From IMG/VR virus record IMGVR_UViG_3300044647_001247, positions 32,001 through 96,000 of that record: a stretch of 64,000 nucleotides of DNA. One strand, given 5' to 3'. The position numbers were made by a program, and so were the translations under genes. Origin of the DNA: a virus. This document shows, piece after piece, positions 7,295-17,215 of this stretch. The notes under the pieces are model-generated. The model saw only the letters and a list, made by a program, of their open reading frames with translations, was not told the origin of the DNA and searched no databases. Numbering within the stretch: position 1 is the stretch's first letter; each line of letters starts with the position of its first letter.

Positions 7295-9929
7295 TATGCC
7301 AGCTTTAGTATCAAATACATTAATGAGAGGAGTGGATAAACCTGTATGGCAATGGACACGTTTTGCCCCAGCAGTTAGTTCTGCAATATCAAGTTCTTGT
7401 GCCGCAGATAATGGTAACTTTTTGCCAGAAGAACATGGAAGATATATACCTTATTTAATTTCTGCAACATCTTTTGTAAAATATGATACTTGGACTGATA
7501 TGTATCAACCTTTATCAGCCCCACCTATTGCACCTGTTACATTTTCCTCAATGAAATATAGTGCAGCTTTTGGTATAGAGGGTAGTGTTATTGCAGCAGG
7601 AGCAAGCACACTAACTATACCATCTGTTACAATGCAATCATTACTTGGGTATGATGTAGAAATTATATCAGGAACAGGTGCAGGACAAATACGAACTATT
7701 ACGGGTGTAGCAGAACCTATTATTGCTGATAGTGGGATAGTAACTGCTGTAAATAACGTAGTAGGTGCTTTAAACATTACAGATACATTAAAGGCTTTTG
7801 CAATTAATCAATATACAGGATATACACTTCGTATAACAGGTAATGCTGGGGTTAGTCAGATTAGAAGAATATTATCAAACACTGCCACTCAAATAGTTTT
7901 GGGTGATGTAACCCAAGCAAATGAAATTTGGAACAACCCTGCTGTATTCAACCCTGCAATTAATGCAACAGCAGGTTCACAAGCTGCATATTCTATTGAA
8001 TCACAAGTTGTAACTGTTGATTCTGCGTGGACTGTTCAACCTGATGCCACTTCTGTGTTTAAGGTTAAAACAGGAATTGTTATTTTAGTTTCTAGTGCTG
8101 CTGCTGCTCCGTTTTTCACTATGCAAGCCTATGACATGATTTCAGACACATGGTATATTATACCATCTATGTCTGGTATTTTTGCAGCAGTAGGTACAGA
8201 TTGCAGTATTGAAAGTACTACTGAAAACTCATCCTTATGGTATCGTGGTATTGCTGCATCAACAAGCACTGTAACTACATTGGTAGATTCTTCACTTGGA
8301 GTTGATAGAAAAGCATGGGAAGTTAACCAGTGGAAAGATTATTGGGTGTATATTTATTCAGGTGCAGGAGCAGGACAAATTCGTAAGATTGATAGTAATA
8401 CTGCTAACACGTTAACATGGACTACTCATATTAGTCCACATCCTAATGCAACAAGTAGATATTTTATTCTTGGATTTGATGCAGGAATAGCAACAGCAGG
8501 AGCTGCTTCTAGCATCACTGATTCAACTAAATCTTGGGTAGTAGACCGTTGGAAAAACTATGCAGTTAGAATCATGGCAGGTACGGGAGCAGGACAAGTA
8601 AAACCAATTGCATCTAATACAGCCACTGCACTAACTATTGTGGGCACTTGGGCAACTACACCTGATAACACATCTGTGTTTGTTATACAAGCTGACCCTA
8701 ATAAAGTATATCTTCAATTAGGAAGTGTTGCAGGATTGCCTATTCATAATATTGATTCACAAACTCCTACTTTTGGTAGACAGCAAGATTTTGGTATAGC
8801 AAGAAGTGGTTCTGCAACAGTTGCAGGTAACAGACCTGTAGCAATCACTACATTTGCAAATGCTACAACAACTGCAACTGTTACAACTGCACATAACCAT
8901 CAATTTAAGGTGGGTCAGTTGGTAACTGTTAGGGGTGCTACAGACGCAAATTTTAATGTGACGAATGTGGCTATTGCCACTGTACCATCAGCTACAACTT
9001 TTACCTACACAATGGCAGGAACACCTGCTGCTACTACTATTGCAAGCAACCAATCAACAACTGTACTTGTTGATGCTTCAAAGTCATGGACAGTAAACCA
9101 ATGGGCAGGACAAACAGTGTATATGTACACAACAGCAGTTACAGGGGCTACGGGAGCTGTAACAGGACAATCTTTTAGAATTGCAAGTAATACAGCAACC
9201 ACGTTAACACTTGTAGCTACTGCCACTGCTCCAACTAATGGTGTGAGTAGATATAGCATATCAACATCATCTGCTATTGGTGCTGCTGATTTTGGTGTAG
9301 CTACAGGTACTCAATCTACCACCACACTTCAAGACACTACAAAATCTTGGGCAGTTAATATTTGGGCAGGTAAAAGAGTAAGATATATAACCACAACGGG
9401 GGGACCAATAGAGGTTACAATTACCTCTAATACAGCAAATACACTTACTTTACCAACAACTAGTGCTGCAACTACTCTCGTTACAGGATATGTAATATTG
9501 GAGCAAACAGTAAAAGGGCTTGGTGTTAGTATGAACTGGACATTTGGAACAAGTGATTTGCTGACAAGAGGTAGGTATATGTTTTCAACACGTGGTGGTG
9601 CTGCTATTGGATTTGATAGATTTGATTTAACTACCGATAGGTGTAATCTTATATTTACAACTCCATTAACAGAAACCCTAACCACAGGTACAATGACTGC
9701 GTATGATGGTATGGACAATATATTCTTTCAGAAGGATGCTACACAAAGAGTGATGTCCTTGAACGTGGTAACGGGGAAGGTGAATGGTGGTTCTATGTAT
9801 CCTTACGCAGCACCAACAGCAATTATTGGCAATAGGATGGAAATCTTTACAACCAAAGATGGACTAAAATACATTTGGTTAAACCGGGCTTCTTTTGCAG
9901 AATGTTTCAAATGCTTAATCTTTTGGTAA
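7287..9929 (+). CDS. Repeat-rich adhesin / receptor-binding protein (880 aa; start may be ATG at 7296)
   Basis: About six copies of a TL.D..K.W.VNQW.G..V.I..G.GAGQ.R.I.SNTA..LT repeat, an FCCH-like insert (TATVTTAHNHQFKVGQLVTV), and propeller-like termini (YDTWTD, FDLTTD). Confidence 0.75.
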   Translation: MNNMPALVSNTLMRGVDKPVWQWTRFAPAVSSAISSSCAADNGNFLPEEHGRYIPYLISATSFVKYDTWTDMYQPLSAPPIAPVTFSSMKYSAAFGIEGSVIAAGASTLTIPSVTMQSLLGYDVEIISGTGAGQIRTITGVAEPIIADSGIVTAVNNVVGALNITDTLKAFAINQYTGYTLRITGNAGVSQIRRILSNTATQIVLGDVTQANEIWNNPAVFNPAINATAGSQAAYSIESQVVTVDSAWTVQPDATSVFKVKTGIVILVSSAAAAPFFTMQAYDMISDTWYIIPSMSGIFAAVGTDCSIESTTENSSLWYRGIAASTSTVTTLVDSSLGVDRKAWEVNQWKDYWVYIYSGAGAGQIRKIDSNTANTLTWTTHISPHPNATSRYFILGFDAGIATAGAASSITDSTKSWVVDRWKNYAVRIMAGTGAGQVKPIASNTATALTIVGTWATTPDNTSVFVIQADPNKVYLQLGSVAGLPIHNIDSQTPTFGRQQDFGIARSGSATVAGNRPVAITTFANATTTATVTTAHNHQFKVGQLVTVRGATDANFNVTNVAIATVPSATTFTYTMAGTPAATTIASNQSTTVLVDASKSWTVNQWAGQTVYMYTTAVTGATGAVTGQSFRIASNTATTLTLVATATAPTNGVSRYSISTSSAIGAADFGVATGTQSTTTLQDTTKSWAVNIWAGKRVRYITTTGGPIEVTITSNTANTLTLPTTSAATTLVTGYVILEQTVKGLGVSMNWTFGTSDLLTRGRYMFSTRGGAAIGFDRFDLTTDRCNLIFTTPLTETLTTGTMTAYDGMDNIFFQKDATQRVMSLNVVTGKVNGGSMYPYAAPTAIIGNRMEIFTTKDGLKYIWLNRASFAECFKCLIFW

Positions 9930-10090
9930 TGAATATAGCTAAATTAATAAATCAATGCGAGATACGCTTGGATTATCTTAGAATTCAATTGTTGACTTAC
10001 ACTCAATTGGGTAATATTGAAATGATATTAAAGCTTGAAACGGAGATAGCTGAAACAGAGCAAACAATAGCCATGCTAAAAAATAGTTAA
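9929..10090 (+). CDS. Small coiled-coil protein (53 aa)
   Basis: TAATG stop/start coupling at 9927-9931 gives MNIAKLINQCEIRL...; the TTG start at 9875 is less likely. Confidence 0.65.
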   Translation: MNIAKLINQCEIRLDYLRIQLLTYTQLGNIEMILKLETEIAETEQTIAMLKNS

Positions 10091-10092
10091 CA

Positions 10093-10260
10093 ATGCTTCT
10101 TACGTTATTACAGTCACAGGGTGCTCCACCATCACCAAGTGGTGTTACTGTGTGGTTGAAAGTGGGAAGTGTTTGGAAACAAGCTACTATGTATATTAAG
10201 GTGGCTGGTACATGGAAGACTGCCACTACTTTTACAAAAATATCAGGAACTTGGAAATAA
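10093..10260 (+). CDS. Small fibre-tip-like protein, 55 aa (not in ORF track)
   Basis: MLLTLLQSQGAPPSPSGVTVWLKVGSVWKQATMYIKVAGTWKTATTFTKISGTWK*, with three K[VI]xxxWK repeats. Confidence 0.75.
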   Translation: MLLTLLQSQGAPPSPSGVTVWLKVGSVWKQATMYIKVAGTWKTATTFTKISGTWK

Positions 10261-10266
10261 TAAGAT

Positions 10267-13200
10267 GTGCCAATATATTCTACAACAAGACAGCCCGTAC
10301 AACCAGAACAAGGAATACTTAGACAAGACTTAAATGTAATTAGTCCTGGTCATGCTGTTATTAGAAAAATCATTGCTGGTTCCAATATAGAATTAACATA
10401 CACTGGAATAGATCCTGGTACAGGTGATGTTACAATAAGTTATGTTCCATCTTCTTCAAGTCCTAATCCAAATGTAGTTTTATTTAATAATACAGGGTCA
10501 GGTAATAGTTCTGGTTCTAGTTATAATGGATCTCAATCTATTACAATTAGTTATAACAGCATTGGTGCACAAGGAGAATCCCCAAGTCTTACCTCTCTTA
10601 CTAATTTAGTTTATTCAGGCACTACAGCATTTGTAAAAATGACTGGTGCTAATCTATTTACATTAGACACAAATGTCTATCTCACTGCTAATCAGACTAT
10701 TACACTCTCAGGTGATATCACTGGCTCTGGTAATACAGCCATATCTACCCTTATTTCTAATAATGTTGTAACATTAGCAAAGCTTGCTCAAGTATCTACG
10801 TCCACTATATTAGGTAGAGTGACAGGTGGCACTGGTAATGTAGAAGCACTAACTAGTGCACAAGCTACAACTGTTTTAAATGTTTTCACTGATCTTTTAA
10901 AAGGACTAGTTCCAGCTTCAGGTGGAGGTAGTACTAACTTCTTGAGATCTGATGGTGTATGGGCTGCTCCTCCTGGAGGTGGGGGAGGTAGTGCTGGAAC
11001 CACTACTAACTCACTCACTATTAACAATTCAGGAAGTGGTAATTCATCAGGTATCACTTTTAATGGTAGTGCTGCTGTCACTATAAGTTATAACACTGTT
11101 GGGGCACAACAAGCTAGTTCAGTGCTATCTGGATTGGCTGCTCTTTCTTGGACTTCAGGTACACCGTTTGTTAAGATGACAGCAGCTGGAACATTTTCTC
11201 TTGACACTGCCACTTACTATTTAGCTTCCAATCCATCAGGTTATACAAATAATACAGGCACAGTTACATCTGTAGCCATTACTCTACCTGGAATATTTGG
11301 TTTAACAGGTTCTCCCATCACTACATCAGGCACTCTATCTGTCACCTTAGCTAGCCAAACTGCTAATACAGTGTTTATTGCTCCTAATGGATCAGCAGGT
11401 GCTCCTACATTTAGAGCTTTACTTTTAGCAGATCTTCCTTCTCTATCTACAACAAATGTAAGTGAGGGTACAAATCTTTATTATACGGATGTACGTGTTC
11501 GTGCTGCAGTGAGTTTTGTAGCAGGTACTGGTGCATACAACTCTTCTACAGGTGTATTTACAATACCCACTAATACTAATCAACTTGTTAATGGTGCAGG
11601 TTATATAACAGGATATACGGAAACTGATACACTAGCTTCTGTAACAGGAAGAGGTGCTACTACAACAATTGCTATTAGTGCTCCTAACTTTTATGATGCT
11701 ATAGGATCTTATAATGTGAATTTAGGTTCAGGAGGTACTGAAGGCAGAGCACTAGTAGTAGGATATTCCGGAGGTAGTTATGGTGGTATAGGTTATAATG
11801 TTCGGCATACAACTACAGGTGGGTCTTATATAGCTCCAGGAACAGATACTTCTTCTTACATTTTATTTTCAGCTGGAGGAATTAATTTTTATGGTGCACC
11901 ATCAGGAGCAGCAGGTCGTACTTTAAGTTATACAACTCTTGGAACTTTTAGTAGTTCAGGACTTTTTAATGCTGTAAATATTAATGTTAATGGAAACCAA
12001 GTTCTTCACGCAGCTAACTATAACTCATACTCTCCAACATTAACAGGAACTGGTGCAAGTGGTACTTGGGGAATAAGCATATCAGGAACAGCTGCTAACA
12101 GTACACAATTTGCAGGAATAGGTTATGGTGGTGGGTATAGTTCTGGAACAGTGTCTTATTTCATGATATATAATGGTACTAACTCAAGATGGGAAGCATA
12201 TACAGCATCATCTTTAGGTCCAACATTCTTAGGACTTGGTTCTAATGCATACACTTCCACTGCTTATTTACCACTTTCTGGTGGCACTATGGGAGGTCAT
12301 ATAAACATGGGTGCATGGAATATTACAAATATCACTACATTAGGAGCAGTCACTTTAAACCTAAGTGGAACAGCTACTGTAGGTGCTATTTCTACTCCTA
12401 TTATACAAGGAAGTGGAGGTTCATATATACAATCCACATCAACAGGAGTTGCTTACACACAAAACTGGCAAATAAGAGAAAAGTCAGGAGGTAGTGGCAA
12501 TACAAATGTGATTTATGCACCACAATTAGCATTCCACTGGGGAGGTGTAGTAGCTTCAAGTATTTTATTGGAGTCATCAGGTAGAGTTTCTGTAAGAGAT
12601 AACCCAGGAACAAGCTATGAAAAATTCATAGCTGGTGCTACAACTATTGTTGGATATAGTGATTCTATATATTTATATGTTAACTATAATAATACATTAA
12701 ATGTTTGTACAGTTTCAGCTACTAGTACAGGTGTATCAGCACATGGTATTTTGGATCTATACAAAGGAGGTACAAGTAATATACAATTAAATGCCAATAA
12801 TACTTCTAATAGTTATATAAATGCCGGTAATTTTGGAATAGGTACTACAAGTCCATCTCAACTTTTACATGTAAATGGTAATGCTTTAGTTGCATCTTTT
12901 TTATATATTAATACTATAAGTGATAATGTAGTAAGTAACGCTAACCAAATAACAGGAAATAATACTGGTAGCAGTTATACTCAGTGGAGAATTAAAGGAT
13001 CTAAAAACAGTTATGCGGGTTTTTTTGATGAATATAGTAGTGTTAACGGAATGATGTACGATAGTGGTGGTAATGGTGGTATATATAGAGAAACTAATGG
13101 TCGTTGGTATTTATATCATAATGTAGGTAATAACTGTTTAGGAGTTGCTGCTTCTACTACATCATCTTCATACAGATTGTATGTAAGTGGTGCAATATAT

Positions 13201-13518
13201 TCTACAGATGATATAGTGGCTTATTCTGATAGAAGAAAGAAGACAAACATTACAACTATTGACAATGCATTAGATAAGGTGAATAGAATGCGGGGTGTAT
13301 TTTATGATAAGATTGATGATATAAAAAAAGGTAGACAAACAGGAGTGATAGCTCAAGAAATAAATGAGGTGTTACCTGAAGTGGTTACTTATGCTAAAGA
13401 TGTAGATGAGTATGGTGTATCTTATGGAAACGTAGTGGGTGTACTTATTGAAGCTATTAAAGAACAACAATTGCAAATTGAACAGCTTAAAACTAAATTA
13501 GATGGCATTTCCAGCTAG
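10267..13518 (+). CDS. Tail fibre protein 2 with C-terminal peptidase S74 intramolecular chaperone
   Basis: Fibre repeats plus C-terminal YSDRRKKTNI...ALDKVNRMRGV...GVIAQEI...LIEAIKEQQ chaperone signature. Confidence 0.9.
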   Translation: MPIYSTTRQPVQPEQGILRQDLNVISPGHAVIRKIIAGSNIELTYTGIDPGTGDVTISYVPSSSSPNPNVVLFNNTGSGNSSGSSYNGSQSITISYNSIGAQGESPSLTSLTNLVYSGTTAFVKMTGANLFTLDTNVYLTANQTITLSGDITGSGNTAISTLISNNVVTLAKLAQVSTSTILGRVTGGTGNVEALTSAQATTVLNVFTDLLKGLVPASGGGSTNFLRSDGVWAAPPGGGGGSAGTTTNSLTINNSGSGNSSGITFNGSAAVTISYNTVGAQQASSVLSGLAALSWTSGTPFVKMTAAGTFSLDTATYYLASNPSGYTNNTGTVTSVAITLPGIFGLTGSPITTSGTLSVTLASQTANTVFIAPNGSAGAPTFRALLLADLPSLSTTNVSEGTNLYYTDVRVRAAVSFVAGTGAYNSSTGVFTIPTNTNQLVNGAGYITGYTETDTLASVTGRGATTTIAISAPNFYDAIGSYNVNLGSGGTEGRALVVGYSGGSYGGIGYNVRHTTTGGSYIAPGTDTSSYILFSAGGINFYGAPSGAAGRTLSYTTLGTFSSSGLFNAVNINVNGNQVLHAANYNSYSPTLTGTGASGTWGISISGTAANSTQFAGIGYGGGYSSGTVSYFMIYNGTNSRWEAYTASSLGPTFLGLGSNAYTSTAYLPLSGGTMGGHINMGAWNITNITTLGAVTLNLSGTATVGAISTPIIQGSGGSYIQSTSTGVAYTQNWQIREKSGGSGNTNVIYAPQLAFHWGGVVASSILLESSGRVSVRDNPGTSYEKFIAGATTIVGYSDSIYLYVNYNNTLNVCTVSATSTGVSAHGILDLYKGGTSNIQLNANNTSNSYINAGNFGIGTTSPSQLLHVNGNALVASFLYINTISDNVVSNANQITGNNTGSSYTQWRIKGSKNSYAGFFDEYSSVNGMMYDSGGNGGIYRETNGRWYLYHNVGNNCLGVAASTTSSSYRLYVSGAIYSTDDIVAYSDRRKKTNITTIDNALDKVNRMRGVFYDKIDDIKKGRQTGVIAQEINEVLPEVVTYAKDVDEYGVSYGNVVGVLIEAIKEQQLQIEQLKTKLDGISS

Positions 13519-14083
13519 TGGTACAATATCATTCAATAATGCAAGGACAGAAATGGGTCAATCTGCAATGACTGATTATTCTTTTAGACGTTGGGCATCA
13601 GGTGCTGGTTGTGATAATGACACAACAAGTGGTCAAAGATATGCTCCTATAAATGTACATTCTTCTAATTCTGGAAAATATTCTACATCTTGTACAAATT
13701 ATCAAATGTCAAACTGGTATAATTATGATCATAGTCTTAATTATGCTAGTGATGGAACATTTAGAAATCTTTTTCTATCCTATTTAGCAAGTTGTGTATG
13801 TTGTCAAGGATCAATGATTATATTTGATTTAGGTACAACTAATAAAACATTTGATATTACAATTGATGGTACATCTACTGATTTTGCAAATATTTATAAA
13901 ATTGCAGTTTTTTATGGAAAACCATGGTCTTCAAATGGTGTAGGTGCAGGTAGTAGTAGTCTTGTTTATGATTATACTTATCCTTCTACTTCAGGTTTAA
14001 CTGTAACAATTAATTATAATTACACTTATAATAGCAGTGTTGGTCAATATTTATATGTTGTTGTTTATACAACTTGTACTTAA
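13502..14083 (+). CDS. Putative fibre-tip adhesin
   Basis: MAFPASGTISFNNARTEMG N-terminus, typical of adhesins placed downstream of S74-containing fibres; overlaps fibre stop. Confidence 0.6.
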   Translation: MAFPASGTISFNNARTEMGQSAMTDYSFRRWASGAGCDNDTTSGQRYAPINVHSSNSGKYSTSCTNYQMSNWYNYDHSLNYASDGTFRNLFLSYLASCVCCQGSMIIFDLGTTNKTFDITIDGTSTDFANIYKIAVFYGKPWSSNGVGAGSSSLVYDYTYPSTSGLTVTINYNYTYNSSVGQYLYVVVYTTCT

Positions 14084-14097
14084 TTAAAATACTATTT

Positions 14098-14391
14098 ATG
14101 GCAATACAGGTAAAAGTTACACCAGGTGCGTCAAGTTATGAATATGATTTTGATGATTCTGGTTATAGCACTGGTTCTCAAGCATGTACTAATTATGCAG
14201 CATTAACAAGTGTATATGCTGCTGAGGCAACAGGTGACCTTGTCACTCAATTTTATACAAATTCTGGATTAACTACCACATTTTCTGGTACATCTTCAAC
14301 TTTCTATGCTTGGACAAGAGTAGGAGCAGGTACTACTTATCGTGGACAAGTGAATTCATCAGGAGTTACAAGTTTAATTAGCAATTGTTAA
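14098..14391 (+). CDS. Small virion-associated hypothetical protein
   Basis: ATG at 14098 gives MAIQVKVTPG...; Ser/Thr/Gly-rich with a Cys pair. Confidence 0.6.
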   Translation: MAIQVKVTPGASSYEYDFDDSGYSTGSQACTNYAALTSVYAAEATGDLVTQFYTNSGLTTTFSGTSSTFYAWTRVGAGTTYRGQVNSSGVTSLISNC

Positions 14392-14476
14392 ATTCGTATT
14401 ATTTTTAACATATGTTAATAACTTTTACAACATTACATTACATCTATTAATATCTTTGAGTTACAAAACCACATTT

Positions 14477-14971
14477 ATGAAAAAAATTACATTAAAACTA
14501 GTTGAGTTCTACAATCTTGACGCAGAGCTGAATGGTATAGTTGATCAAACAACAGGTGCTAAAAAGTCTTTTGGTCTTCTAGGAGAGAAGCTTTCTCTTG
14601 TTACTAAGTATTGGCTTACTGATCTTGCTAAAAAAGTAGCTGCTGAAAAAGTTGCAATAGAAGAACTTAGAAACGAACTTATTAAAAAATATGGTAAAGA
14701 AGAAAATGGGAATATTACAATCCCCATGTTAATAGATGATGATTCTAATGATGAAGAAACAGCAAGTAAAAAATTAAATCCTGATTTTCAACAGTTTGAA
14801 AAAGAATTTAATGAGCTTTTACAAACAGAAAAAGAAGTTGAATATAAACCAATTAAGCTTTCTGAATTAGAAAAGGTTGAAACATCAGAAAACTATGCTA
14901 CATTTTTCAAACTCTTAAATGAAGGAATCTCAGAAAATCCTGATAATGTTGTACCAATGACGCCTAGATAA
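14477..14971 (+). CDS. Hypothetical acidic helical protein, possible fibre assembly chaperone
   Basis: ATG at 14477 (MKKITLKLVEF...) with ACAAAACCACATTT leader; followed by a terminator. Confidence 0.65.
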   Translation: MKKITLKLVEFYNLDAELNGIVDQTTGAKKSFGLLGEKLSLVTKYWLTDLAKKVAAEKVAIEELRNELIKKYGKEENGNITIPMLIDDDSNDEETASKKLNPDFQQFEKEFNELLQTEKEVEYKPIKLSELEKVETSENYATFFKLLNEGISENPDNVVPMTPR

Positions 14972-14993
14972 TGTGTGGGTTTTAGTATTTATT

Positions 14994-15026
14994 AAAGCAC
15001 TCTCTTAAAATGAGGGTGCTTTTTTA
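14994..15026 (+). terminator. Rho-independent terminator
   Basis: AAAGCACTCTC-TTAAAAT-GAGGGTGCTTT followed by a T tract. Confidence 0.85.
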
Positions 15027-15069
15027 TTTTGGTACTATCTGTAAAATTTTGTATATTATAGTGTAGAGT
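15027..15069 (+). promoter_or_regulatory. Putative late promoter, copy 3
   Basis: TTTTGG starts 24 nt before GTATATTATAGTGTAGAG, the same spacing as copy 1. Confidence 0.6.
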
Positions 15070-15092
15070 GATTCTAATTTAAACTATAATAT

Positions 15093-15395
15093 ATGATTTT
15101 ATTTTCATTTATTTCAGACAGGTATAAATATACATTTCCTCAAGCTATTGCTGAGGTTGTTTCTGTTACAAAATCAAAATATGTAATGGCAGTGCCTCCT
15201 GGCTCTCAGCAACCTATTGAAGGTCAAGTGAATTTATATGCAAATTTTAATATATATGCTAGCCTTAATTCAAAAAATCAAGGTGGACAACCTATAGAAT
15301 CTATTTCTAAAAACTATTTGTGTGATGAATTTGATGAAGCATTTACTAAAGCAGAAGAACTGTTTTTAGATGAAGTGGGTGGTACATCTGTTTAA
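15093..15395 (+). CDS. Hypothetical protein (100 aa)
   Basis: ORF after the promoter motif, with A-rich leader. Confidence 0.6.
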   Translation: MILFSFISDRYKYTFPQAIAEVVSVTKSKYVMAVPPGSQQPIEGQVNLYANFNIYASLNSKNQGGQPIESISKNYLCDEFDEAFTKAEELFLDEVGGTSV

Positions 15396-15415
15396 TTTAA
15401 TATATCTGATATAAT

Positions 15416-16642
15416 ATGTTACCTAAATCTAATGCTGCTAGTCAGGGTTGTATTCCTGTTTCTTCAAATTGTGTCGTATGGCAGGGACCTGATCTTTCCT
15501 GTCTTAACCTCTGCAACGGTGACACTGTTTCTGATGTAGTTTACAAGGTAGCTACAGACTTATGCACTATTAAGTCCACTCTGGATTTGACAAGCTTAGA
15601 CCTCACTTGTTTGGTCTCTTTTTGCTCTTCTGTAAATCCGGCACCCACTACAAAAACCCTGTCAGCAGTATTAGATTTTATTATAGATAAGGTTTGCTGT
15701 TTACAAGCTACTATTCCTGGAAGTCCAGGATCTACTTATACAGAACCCACTCTCACTCTTCCTACATGTTTACAATATGTAGATGGTGGTACAGGACTTA
15801 CAGTAACACAACTTGTTCATAATCAATACACTCTGCGAATAGCTAATCAGTATTGCTCTTTAAAAGCCACTGTTGATTCTCAAACAACTACACTTACTAG
15901 TCACAACGCACGAATTACAGCATTAGAAAATGCTCCTGCAATAACTCTTCCTACTGTTACACCTAATTGCATTCTTCCTAGTGTTCCTACACAAATGAAC
16001 GTTGTATTAGATAAGTTAGAAGAAGAATATTGTCTTCTTAGAACAGCTTTAGGATCTAACACTCAAATTACAGCAGCTGCTTCTCAGCAGTGTACCGCAT
16101 TAAGTGCTGCATCAGCACTTAGCCAAGCTGGTGCAATGTCATCTATAACTGGTTGGAATTCAACTGTTGCTAACATGTCACAAGCTATGCAGAATCTTTG
16201 GATCACTGTATGTGATATGAGAGCTGTTATAGCTGATCTTAAAAACTGCTGTGGTCAAACAGATTGTTCTGGATTTATTCTTGAATACAGTGCTACAGCT
16301 AATGGTGCCCGTCAGGAAGTATATCTTGACTTTAACCCAACCACTATTATTCCTTCAGGCTTTATTCAGGCTGTTCAAAACACTACAGTTGTTATTTCTG
16401 ATGGAACTAATAGTAAGTCTTTTGTAATTAACATTGTAACAGAAGCTGCTAATGTCAGTCCTTATACATTTATTGTAGCTGGTGGAAGTGTAGTGGGAAC
16501 TCCTCTTAATAGCTCAATGCCATACACTGTTGTTGTTAATGCATTCATATCTAAGAGTAATAATGTATGTAATAAATCTGTAACTAAAAATATCACTGTA
16601 CCTTGTCCAATTGTGACTAGTGTAAGTGCAACCTTAATATAA
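15416..16642 (+). CDS. Cys-rich virion fibre/structural protein (408 aa)
   Basis: 20 Cys by my count; N-terminal SNCVVWQGPDLSC module; coiled-coil RITALEN. Confidence 0.7.
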   Translation: MLPKSNAASQGCIPVSSNCVVWQGPDLSCLNLCNGDTVSDVVYKVATDLCTIKSTLDLTSLDLTCLVSFCSSVNPAPTTKTLSAVLDFIIDKVCCLQATIPGSPGSTYTEPTLTLPTCLQYVDGGTGLTVTQLVHNQYTLRIANQYCSLKATVDSQTTTLTSHNARITALENAPAITLPTVTPNCILPSVPTQMNVVLDKLEEEYCLLRTALGSNTQITAAASQQCTALSAASALSQAGAMSSITGWNSTVANMSQAMQNLWITVCDMRAVIADLKNCCGQTDCSGFILEYSATANGARQEVYLDFNPTTIIPSGFIQAVQNTTVVISDGTNSKSFVINIVTEAANVSPYTFIVAGGSVVGTPLNSSMPYTVVVNAFISKSNNVCNKSVTKNITVPCPIVTSVSATLI

Positions 16643-16643
16643 T

Positions 16644-17189
16644 ATGAATATTACATTAACATGGACTCCAGGTGCTGGTGCATCAAATCAAGATGTTCAG
16701 TATAAGTTATCTACTGAGCCAACTATTTGGACTACACATTCTAGTGTAGCTGCTGGTGTTGCTACAGCAACTATAAATGGTTTGTTAGATAATAGAATAT
16801 ATGATTTTAGAGTGGTTACAAACTGTGCAGGAGGGATATCAACATCTGCTGCTACACAACAAATTAACATTATATGTCCAACTGTCACTACCAATCCATC
16901 AAGTACTACCATTGGTTTTAGCTTTCCTGAAATTGGTGGTTCTATAACAGGTTACACTGCTAAGATATTTGACACTACAGGAACTACATTAATATCTTCT
17001 CAAACACCAGCTGGTACCACTACAAGAACAGGATCATTCACTAGTTTAACCGCTAGTACAAATTATAAGATACGTATAGAAATAGCTGCAGGGTCTTTTT
17101 CTAAAACAAACTGTTCTTTTATAAGTGTTACGACCACTGCAAGTCCCACTTGTAATCCACCCACTGGTGTTACAGCTACCCTAGTATAA
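16644..17189 (+). CDS. Fibronectin type III (two-domain) virion decoration protein
   Basis: ITLTWTP...ATINGLLDNRIYDFRVVTNC and FTSLTASTNYKIRI FN3 signatures. Confidence 0.8.
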   Translation: MNITLTWTPGAGASNQDVQYKLSTEPTIWTTHSSVAAGVATATINGLLDNRIYDFRVVTNCAGGISTSAATQQINIICPTVTTNPSSTTIGFSFPEIGGSITGYTAKIFDTTGTTLISSQTPAGTTTRTGSFTSLTASTNYKIRIEIAAGSFSKTNCSFISVTTTASPTCNPPTGVTATLV

Positions 17190-17215
17190 TTAAAAAACAT
17201 TAAATAATACACACT

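Noticed and set aside
10265-10333. ATG at 10265 as the fibre 2 start, implying a frameshift
   Set aside because: That frame closes after 22 codons, and the in-frame GTG at 10267 explains the gene without a frameshift
2628-14391. Diversity-generating retroelement or invertible fibre cassette
   Set aside because: No reverse transcriptase or recombinase, no near-identical repeat pair differing only at adenines, and all fibre genes are co-oriented
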